Shown: positions 17,451 through 24,000 of the stretch, in pieces
How the letters are laid out: each line of letters opens with the position of its first letter
Position numbering within the stretch: the stretch's first letter is position 1
Origin: Campylobacter phage CP220
Sequence record: FN667788.1
Length of the DNA: 24,000 nucleotides
Strand: one strand, 5' to 3'
Made by a program: the position numbers and the translations under genes
Notes under the pieces: generated by a model
What the model was told of the DNA's origin: nothing
The model's database searches: none
What the model saw: only the letters and a program-made list of their open reading frames with translations

Positions 17451-17464
17451 TATCTTTTAGCATC

Positions 17465-17485
17465 TAACACTCGAGTGTTATTTTT
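17465..17485 (+). terminator. Rho-independent terminator-like hairpin
   Basis: Perfect palindrome TAACACTCGAGTGTTA (17465-17480) followed by TTTTT, 15 nt after the 17450 stop. Confidence 0.75.
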
Positions 17486-17531
17486 AAAAGCCTTTAATCA
17501 AAATTTAAACAAAATTAGGATATAATTAATT

Positions 17532-17864
17532 ATGGCAAATATATTCGAACAATTTACAAACTGTCTTAAAGACAAAGATTATAATGAGAGTTTAGGTTTT
17601 AATAGCTTTATGTTTTGTAGGTTCTTAGGGTCAAGCCCTAGTACTTTACAATTAGCTAATGTTATTAATATATTATATAAAAGCTTGCCAGATGAAGCAC
17701 AATATAATTTAGTGAGATACGCAAAAAATAAACCAAAATTTATAAGATTTACGAAAGCATTGGCTGAATCAGAATCTATCAAAGAAATACAATTAAAATA
17801 TAAGGTAAATAAAGAAGTAGCTAAATTATATGCAAGTATTTTAGATTCTATACATAGATCTTAA
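17532..17864 (+). CDS. 62: Probable clamp loader small subunit (T4 gp62-like)
   Basis: SFMFCRFLGSSPSTLQLANVINILYKSLPDEAQYN...KLYASIL resembles remembered T4 gp62 [35 protein letters not shown]...NYKSIL. Confidence 0.6.
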   Translation: MANIFEQFTNCLKDKDYNESLGFNSFMFCRFLGSSPSTLQLANVINILYKSLPDEAQYNLVRYAKNKPKFIRFTKALAESESIKEIQLKYKVNKEVAKLYASILDSIHRS

Positions 17865-17869
17865 TCAAA

Positions 17870-17886
17870 GGAGCTATGTCAGCTCC
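17870..17886. terminator. Small GC-rich hairpin between convergent genes, possible terminator
   Basis: GGAGCT-ATGTC-AGCTCC between the 17864(+) and 17892(-) ORF ends. Confidence 0.4.
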
Positions 17887-17891
17887 AATAA

Positions 17892-18497
17892 TTAAAACAT
17901 TACACTCCATTGAATTCTGAATGCGACTGTTGATTCTTTTACTTTACCTTTAAAGGTTCTCATAGCAATCAAATTTGTGTCACTATACAAACCAGCTTCG
18001 GTATAAACTACACCATCATTAGCACAGTTAAAAGCATCTTGTGCGATATTAATAGTATAAGTTACTACGGGCTCTGCTTGCTCAATACCAGTAACTGTAA
18101 TATCTACTGTAGAGTTATTATTAGCACCATCCTGAACATTTGTGGCAGCAGTGTTAACCATATTACCACTTGGTGTAAAAATTACTTGGTTCCAAGTTCT
18201 ATTAATATCACCTTGTTCTTGCCCACTGAAAATATTAGTAACAGACGCAGTAAATCCAGTAGTTTCATCCTTTGGTGTTAAAATATCAGAACCTTGATGT
18301 CCTTTGGTGCCCATAACAAATCTATTAATAGCATTACTTTCATTGATACCGGCAATCAATTTAGCAAATTCAGCTCTTGCCACATTTGTAATAAGATTTT
18401 TCTGTTCGAATTTATCGATAACATTACCATTAGCATCTAAACTTTCAATACAAAAATAACCTCTGGCGGGTGTTTTTTGAGCTTCTTTAAAATTCAT
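17892..18497 (-). CDS. Phage virion/tail structural protein-like
   Basis: 201 aa; N-terminal KNLITNVARAEFAKLIAG and C-terminal VVYTEAGLYSDTNLIAMRTFKGKVKESTVAFRIQWSVMF typical of phage tail-associated proteins. Confidence 0.55.
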   Translation of the reverse strand: MNFKEAQKTPARGYFCIESLDANGNVIDKFEQKNLITNVARAEFAKLIAGINESNAINRFVMGTKGHQGSDILTPKDETTGFTASVTNIFSGQEQGDINRTWNQVIFTPSGNMVNTAATNVQDGANNNSTVDITVTGIEQAEPVVTYTINIAQDAFNCANDGVVYTEAGLYSDTNLIAMRTFKGKVKESTVAFRIQWSVMF

Positions 18498-18551
18498 ATT
18501 AGGCCTTTATGATTTTTTGATATATTTATTTAGTAATAAATAAAACAAAAA

Positions 18552-20072
18552 GTGAATACAATGCAAAAAGATCAAATTGATATATCTATATTAAATGCAA
18601 ACAAATATTTGACTAGCCAAGCAAGAAAAGAAGCTTTTATCTATGATAAAGTTAAAGTAGAAGAAAAATATGACGGTATTAAAGTAACCATAGTTCATAT
18701 AGATAAAACTGGTGATTATAAACAAGATTTTATAGTTTCTTATAAATCTAATATTATATATCCTGATGAGTTTGAATACGCAGTCAAATCCAAAATAAGA
18801 CCTGAAAGCATTAATAATTCACAATTTACATTTATTTTCGATATTCTTAAAAAATGTGACTCAAAGAGTTTACCTTTAAATTATGAATTCTTTGTAGAAT
18901 TTCTAATGAAAAAACCTACATTACAACATAAGTATAAGAAGATGGGTGCAATTTTATTAGCTTATAGCCCTTGTACTTATGAAGTCAAATTTGGGAGATT
19001 ATTCACAAAACCAAAAGGTTTTTATACTGATTCAAGAGAAACTTATGCTAAGAAATTAGGATTTGATTACCCAAGAACTATATTTGAAGGTAATTTCGCT
19101 AATTTTGAACGTGGTATCAAATCACAAGAACTCAATGATATTTTTAGAACTTATAAAAATATTCTTAAAATAGAAAACATAGATTTATATATACAACAAA
19201 TATCTGAAATGTTTCTTAAAATGGAATCTAAGTATGGTGGTAAACCTGAGGGTTATGTTTTAACTTATCCTGGATTCTTATTAAAAATTCAACAACCTTA
19301 TCAGGTGGATCCTAAAGCAAGAGCAGAAACCCGTTCACAATATCAAGGAGATCCTGATACTGAAAATGCTTATTGGGCTAACGTTAGATTAGCAGCTTTA
19401 AATATTATTGGAGCTAGTAATATTAAAGGTTCTTTAAATGAAATACTTCAAAGGTATGGAGAAGCTCTTAAGAAATATAAGTTGAATTTTACACATCCTA
19501 AAAAGACACAATTTCAAATAAAAGATGATATTCAAGGTAATATCAAAATGATCGTTATTAAAAGACTTAAAGGAAATAATAACTTTTTATTCTTAGGCAA
19601 GTTTAGAATTTTAACTAAAGCTCATTATAATATTATTAAAAATGGATTAAAAAAATACGATAATGGTGCAGTCTGTTTGGTAACTTCAAAAGATACTAAA
19701 GAATTTGAAGATCTTAGATTAGAAATGTTAAAATCTTGTTTTCCTGAAATTGAAATTATACAACATAGTACAGGAAATATTATTAGTATTATGAATAAAT
19801 CTAAAATGAATATAAATGCTGTTTTATGTGGTAGTGATAGATATAATGACTATGTAAACCAATTAAGAGCTAACCCAGATATTCAAGTTGTCGAAACGCC
19901 TAGAGATACTGGCGCTATTTCTGCAACTGCAGTAATTGAGAATCTAAATTCAGAAATTTTCTTTAAAAGAAATACACCAAGTGAAATACATTCTATGTAT
20001 AATAAAATATTAAAAAGATTTAAAAGCTTAGGTTTAGTATCAGATTTGTCTAAAGAACCAGAAAATAAATAA
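18552..20072 (+). CDS. Fusion: N-terminal covalent nucleotidyltransferase (ligase-like) plus C-terminal cytidylyl/NMN-adenylyltransferase-like domain
   Basis: N-domain: EKYDGIKV (KxDG), FVEF, PEGYVLTYP, LLKIQ. C-domain: FLGKFRILTKAHYNII (HxGH-type variant), LCGSDRY, TGAISATAV (ISxT-like). Confidence 0.75.
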   Translation: MNTMQKDQIDISILNANKYLTSQARKEAFIYDKVKVEEKYDGIKVTIVHIDKTGDYKQDFIVSYKSNIIYPDEFEYAVKSKIRPESINNSQFTFIFDILKKCDSKSLPLNYEFFVEFLMKKPTLQHKYKKMGAILLAYSPCTYEVKFGRLFTKPKGFYTDSRETYAKKLGFDYPRTIFEGNFANFERGIKSQELNDIFRTYKNILKIENIDLYIQQISEMFLKMESKYGGKPEGYVLTYPGFLLKIQQPYQVDPKARAETRSQYQGDPDTENAYWANVRLAALNIIGASNIKGSLNEILQRYGEALKKYKLNFTHPKKTQFQIKDDIQGNIKMIVIKRLKGNNNFLFLGKFRILTKAHYNIIKNGLKKYDNGAVCLVTSKDTKEFEDLRLEMLKSCFPEIEIIQHSTGNIISIMNKSKMNINAVLCGSDRYNDYVNQLRANPDIQVVETPRDTGAISATAVIENLNSEIFFKRNTPSEIHSMYNKILKRFKSLGLVSDLSKEPENK

Positions 20073-20097
20073 CAAAAAATGACGGGCAAGGTTTAAA

Positions 20098-21285
20098 ATG
20101 ACTGAGTTAAGATTAAATGTAGATTCTAAAGATACCATAGAAGCGGGAGATTATAAATCTACCCAAAGAGGTATGTTAACATTTTCTAAAAATGCCGTGT
20201 ATTTAGGTGATGGTAACAAAGCTAATAAAATTATAGATGCAGAAAGCTTAAAAACCGAAATAGAAAAAGTTCAAAATAATGTAAATAACACTATAACTCA
20301 GCAAATACAAAACGTAAATAACACTATAACTCAAGTTCAAAACGCACCTGCAGTTCAATTTTTAAACATATGTGATAATGCGACTGATTTAGCCACGTTA
20401 AAATCAAGTGTTACATTAAAAAATGTTTTTGATAATTGGGTAAGACATTCTATTATGAATTCTGCTAGTGGTCCTAAATTAGATGATGATGCTGGTCAAG
20501 CAGAAGCTGCTAAATGGTCTTACATAGAAGCAGAAGATGCTATAGCAAGTAATATAAATTCAAGTTATTATAATATGTTTTTAAGTAATGACGTCAAAGA
20601 TACTTATAGTGTGCAAATATCAGCTGTAGGCCAAGACGGTGATGATGACGTTTTAAGTATTGTTGTAGCAGCTAAAATGATCAATGGTAAATTATATACA
20701 TTAAGTGCATTGAGATCTTTACAATTAAACGCTTTACCAGGTGGTACTTCGTGGGGTTTATTTTTTAATTATTGTGGTAACAATGAAGAACCTTATACAA
20801 CTTATAGGTTATTAGCTTCTAAAGGTGATATCACCAATAATTATCCTAAAACAACTTGGCGAGCAGGTAGACATTTATTAAAAGTAACCAGAACTAAAAA
20901 TAGAGTACAATGTTGGACTTCAGATCTAAACAAAGCACTAGATAACAACTCATTAATTGATTATACATTACCGACTACAAAACCTAGTGTTTTATCGAAT
21001 AATGAATTTAATGTATTAAAAGAATTATTAAATTCACCTTGTCAAATGGGTTTTGGTAATTGGTCTCAAAATATTAAATTTTATTTTGATTCACAATCAG
21101 GTGTGTATGATGATACTATAATAGATATATCAAAAAATCAAAAATGGACATATAATAGTTCTAATAAAACTTGGGTAGCGTCTGCATTAGATAACTCAAT
21201 AATACCAGAAAATGTTTTAATTAGTTCTAAGAAAACTAAAAAATTGTTTTATAATAATGGTATTGAAATATCAAGTTTAAACTAG
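20098..21285 (+). CDS. Tail-fibre/virion structural protein-like
   Basis: 395 aa; N-terminal GMLTFSKNAVYLGDG segment, coiled-coil repeat NNVNNTITQ, jelly-roll-like C-terminal region. Confidence 0.55.
   Translation: MTELRLNVDSKDTIEAGDYKSTQRGMLTFSKNAVYLGDGNKANKIIDAESLKTEIEKVQNNVNNTITQQIQNVNNTITQVQNAPAVQFLNICDNATDLATLKSSVTLKNVFDNWVRHSIMNSASGPKLDDDAGQAEAAKWSYIEAEDAIASNINSSYYNMFLSNDVKDTYSVQISAVGQDGDDDVLSIVVAAKMINGKLYTLSALRSLQLNALPGGTSWGLFFNYCGNNEEPYTTYRLLASKGDITNNYPKTTWRAGRHLLKVTRTKNRVQCWTSDLNKALDNNSLIDYTLPTTKPSVLSNNEFNVLKELLNSPCQMGFGNWSQNIKFYFDSQSGVYDDTIIDISKNQKWTYNSSNKTWVASALDNSIIPENVLISSKKTKKLFYNNGIEISSLN
20281..20333 (+). repeat. Two exact copies of a 20-nt repeat at 33-nt period inside the fibre-like gene
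   Basis: GTAAATAACACTATAACTCA at 20281-20300 and 20314-20333. Confidence 0.9.
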
Positions 21286-21295
21286 GATTTAACAC

Positions 21296-21505
21296 TTGTC
21301 AAACCATTTAATTAAAACTTTCTTAAATATGGCTATAGCCGTATCAGTAGGTATAATTTGTTTTTTAATTGATTTTTATATGCATCGCACATTATCTTGG
21401 AAAATGTTTATAATATTTTGTATAATAACTATATATTACGATATTAAATTAATTCGCGATGTTGTTAACGAATCATCGGATACTAATATAAAACATAAAA
21501 TATAA
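21296..21505 (+). CDS. Small membrane protein
   Basis: 69 aa with two hydrophobic stretches. Confidence 0.5.
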   Translation: MSNHLIKTFLNMAIAVSVGIICFLIDFYMHRTLSWKMFIIFCIITIYYDIKLIRDVVNESSDTNIKHKI

Positions 21506-21514
21506 AGACTAAAA

Positions 21515-22051
21515 ATGCAAGATTTAAAACCACAAGAACTAAAAACTTATGAAATAGGAGAACTCATAGTTCTAAACACAAAAACCGCAAAAGAACTCAG
21601 AGATTCTATGGTAGAATCAAACCCAGTTTGCCCTTTATGTGGTTCTAAAATTTTCAATCCCGTACTTGATCACAAACATAGTAAAAAACAAGAAATTTTA
21701 GGTGTTCAAGGCGCCGGCTTAGTCAGAAATGTTATTTGTAGTACTTGTAATATTTTCTTAGGTAAAATGGAAAATAATTATAAAAGATATAGAATTCAAA
21801 ACTTGGCTGATTTTTTAAGAAATGCTGCAAATTATTTGGAAACTGATACGACACCGTATGTATATCCAAGTGAAGCAAAAAAATTAAAAGAAATTTTTCC
21901 GAAGTCTTTATATAATAAACTGATTAAAACAATTCATTTAGAAACTAAAAAAGATATTAATTATATTAAAAAGAAAATTAAGTACACAAAATATCTTAGC
22001 CAAAAAACAAAAGATTTATTAATATCTTATGATTTATATCCTGGATCCTAA
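21515..22051 (+). CDS. 49: Recombination endonuclease VII-like (T4 gp49)
   Basis: CPLCGSKIFNPVLDHKHSKK...GLVRNVICSTCNIFLGKM matches the Zn/HNH core of endonuclease VII. Confidence 0.85.
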   Translation: MQDLKPQELKTYEIGELIVLNTKTAKELRDSMVESNPVCPLCGSKIFNPVLDHKHSKKQEILGVQGAGLVRNVICSTCNIFLGKMENNYKRYRIQNLADFLRNAANYLETDTTPYVYPSEAKKLKEIFPKSLYNKLIKTIHLETKKDINYIKKKIKYTKYLSQKTKDLLISYDLYPGS

Positions 22052-22099
22052 AACTAAAGTTTAAAAGTTTAGAACATAAATATTAAAAAAAGGTTAATA

Positions 22100-23809
22100 A
22101 TGGGGTTATTAGAAAGTATAAAAAATAGTATTATAGGTGAAAAAATAGATAGACCATTCTTAGAACAACCTATTAATAAAATAGATACTACAGTTCCATT
22201 CGGCAGAGTAATAAACACTTTATCTGATGATGAACCTTTAAGATTCCAAACCTTTTTTGATAATGTAAATGACATAACTTATGTCGATAATCTACAAAAA
22301 GCATCAGAACAAGCTCAAAAAATTGATATCTACAGACAAACTGCTAAGATTGCTGAATGTTGGAGTGGTTTAACAGAAATTGTAGACGAAGTCGCATATT
22401 GTAGAGATTTCAAAGATCCTATTAAATTAGAAGTTGATACTTCGAATAAGAAAATAGACATAGCAATATCTAATGCTTTTGAAAAAATAATGAAATTATT
22501 TGGAACCCAAAAATATCTACATTCTTTTATCAGACAATCTTATATAGATGGCCAAATGAATATATTAATTAAATATCACGATGATAAGAAAAAAGGTATA
22601 AAAGAATTATATTATTTAGATCCTAGATATCTTTGGTATGATTTGACGGATTCTAAATACAAATACATAGATATAAATTCTTCAGTAGCTCTTAAAAACA
22701 ATTTCTTAGGAAATCAAAGGTATATCAATATCAATGGTAAAACTCCAGTTCGAATAGATCAAGCTGCTTTAGAATACGATATAGAAGAAATAGTTCATCA
22801 AAATTTTGGTTTGTTTTCAGATTCTGGTATTTGTTTAAGTGAATTAGAAGCTTCTGTTAAAACAGCTAATCAATTAAAAACACTTGAAGATTTGTTAATA
22901 CCTTTAAGATTTTCAAGATCAATTTCAAGGCGTGTATTTAATATAGATTTAAGTGAATTACCTAATTCTAAAGCAGAAGCTTATATGAGGGATTTGACTA
23001 ATAAGTTCAAATACAAAAAACAATACAATCCAGAAACTGGTGAGGTAACCAATAATCAACACATTGTCACTATGGTAGAAGATTATTGGATTGGTAATAA
23101 AGCTGGCGCTAAAGGTATGCAGGTAGATATCTTGGATGAAACTGGTAACTTAGGAGAACTTGGTGATATTATGTTCTTCTACAAGTTATTATATAGATCT
23201 ATGGGAATACCAGTTAATAGAATCTACTTAGATGACCAATCACAACAACCATTATTTGATTTGCAAGCAGATGCTATCACAAACGAAGACATCAAATTCT
23301 TCCAAAAAATAACTAGGATTCGCCAAGTATACACTGAATTCTTTATGCAAATTCTAAAAAGAGAATTAATTTGTACTAAAGTTTGTACTGAAAAACAATT
23401 TCAAGAACTTAAAGATTCTATTAATATATACTTTAGTGAAGAAAATCAATTTATCGAAAGAATGAATTTAACATTGTTTATGAAACGTGTAGATGCATTC
23501 TCAACAGCTAAAGATTTTGGAGGAACAGTTTTACCTGTAGATACATTATATAAAGAAATTTTTAGATTTAATGATGTTGAAATCAAAAAGAATCTTAAAG
23601 CTATTCAAAAAGAATCTAAGAACCCATTATACAAACAATTTTATAGAGATTTTGAAAGTGGTGATGAATTTAGCTCAGATTCAGATTATGACTCAGATTC
23701 TGGTGATGAACCTAAATACGACGATTCTAATAACAATGTTAATAATACAGATACAGAAGAAGAATATGATAAGACAGGTTTATCTATTAAAAAAGACTCA
23801 TTAATTTAA
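22100..23809 (+). CDS. 20: Portal protein (T4 gp20-like)
   Basis: AEIVDEVAYCRDF-like start, YYLDPR, LLIPLRFSRSISRRVFNIDLSELPNSKAEAYMRDLTNKFKYKKQYNPETGEV, VEDYWI. Confidence 0.92.
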   Translation: MGLLESIKNSIIGEKIDRPFLEQPINKIDTTVPFGRVINTLSDDEPLRFQTFFDNVNDITYVDNLQKASEQAQKIDIYRQTAKIAECWSGLTEIVDEVAYCRDFKDPIKLEVDTSNKKIDIAISNAFEKIMKLFGTQKYLHSFIRQSYIDGQMNILIKYHDDKKKGIKELYYLDPRYLWYDLTDSKYKYIDINSSVALKNNFLGNQRYININGKTPVRIDQAALEYDIEEIVHQNFGLFSDSGICLSELEASVKTANQLKTLEDLLIPLRFSRSISRRVFNIDLSELPNSKAEAYMRDLTNKFKYKKQYNPETGEVTNNQHIVTMVEDYWIGNKAGAKGMQVDILDETGNLGELGDIMFFYKLLYRSMGIPVNRIYLDDQSQQPLFDLQADAITNEDIKFFQKITRIRQVYTEFFMQILKRELICTKVCTEKQFQELKDSINIYFSEENQFIERMNLTLFMKRVDAFSTAKDFGGTVLPVDTLYKEIFRFNDVEIKKNLKAIQKESKNPLYKQFYRDFESGDEFSSDSDYDSDSGDEPKYDDSNNNVNNTDTEEEYDKTGLSIKKDSLI

Positions 23810-23827
23810 AACTTTTGAACTTCAGAA

Positions 23828-23853
23828 ACTTTTAAGCTATTTTATGTTATAAT
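23828..23853 (+). promoter_or_regulatory. Promoter-like motif ACTTTTAAG-N11-TATAAT
   Basis: ACTTTTAAG 23828-23836, TATAAT 23848-23853, AAAGGAG, ATG 23882. Confidence 0.6.
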
Positions 23854-23881
23854 TATTTCATTAAAAGATAAAGGAGCCATA

Positions 23882-24000
23882 ATGAATAAAATAGCTAAAG
23901 ACCCTAACAACTATGCACACAATGTTATGAACGATTTAATAGATCGCGTTAGAAATGAAAAATTAATATTTACATTCAATGGTAAAAAATATTTTTTAGA
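23882..24000 (+). CDS. 5' part of an ORF running off the window (MNKIAKDPNNYAHNVMNDLIDRVRNEKLIF...)
   Basis: ATG after AAAGGAGCCATA, open to the window end. Confidence 0.6.
   Translation, partial: MNKIAKDPNNYAHNVMNDLIDRVRNEKLIFTFNGKKYFL

Noticed and set aside
16985-17782. Minus-strand ORFs 16985-17242 and 17579-17782
   Set aside because: Overlap the SPASM enzyme and gp62-like gene; no independent evidence.
18039-18281. Plus-strand ORF of 80 aa antisense to the 17892-18497 structural-like gene
   Set aside because: No RBS; the minus-strand protein has recognisable phage-like termini.
19883-20089. Minus-strand ORF of 68 aa at the 3' end of the fusion gene
   Set aside because: Antisense to the ISxT-containing domain; chance ORF.
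20281-20333. Possible CRISPR-like array
   Set aside because: Only two short copies in frame within a coding sequence; it encodes a coiled-coil repeat.
22069-22275. Minus-strand ORF of 68 aa over the portal start
   Set aside because: Antisense to the portal N-terminus.
23571-23804. Plus-strand ORF of 77 aa in another frame of the portal 3' end
   Set aside because: Low-complexity frame-shifted reading of the acidic portal tail; no separate RBS evidence.

Overview
AT-rich, gene-dense window that looks like part of a T4-like (myovirus) phage genome. Some features, such as the QueE sequence style and base composition, suggest a Campylobacterota host, but this is inference. Recognisable core genes: terminase large subunit (interrupted by a 145-aa mini-intein at the Walker A site), portal, two gp26/gp51-like baseplate proteins, gp39-type topoisomerase subunit, dUTPase, primase, gp44 clamp-loader ATPase, a probable gp62 partner located about 9 kb away, a 5' nuclease/RNase H, and endonuclease VII. 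Accessory content: a QueE-like radical SAM enzyme, a second radical SAM enzyme with a complete SPASM cysteine signature directly downstream of a small Cys-ending ORF, a fusion of a KxDG ligase-like domain with a cytidylyl/NMN-adenylyltransferase-like domain, two truncated nucleotide-sugar enzymes and a lone minus-strand lipoprotein. A recurring upstream motif, A(C)TT(TT)AAG-N11-TATAAT, precedes at least seven genes or operons and is a candidate phage-specific promoter class. The best candidates for undescribed biology are the ligase/nucleotidyltransferase fusion, the radical SAM/SPASM cassette and the promoter motif. All homology calls are from motif recognition only; no searches were run.
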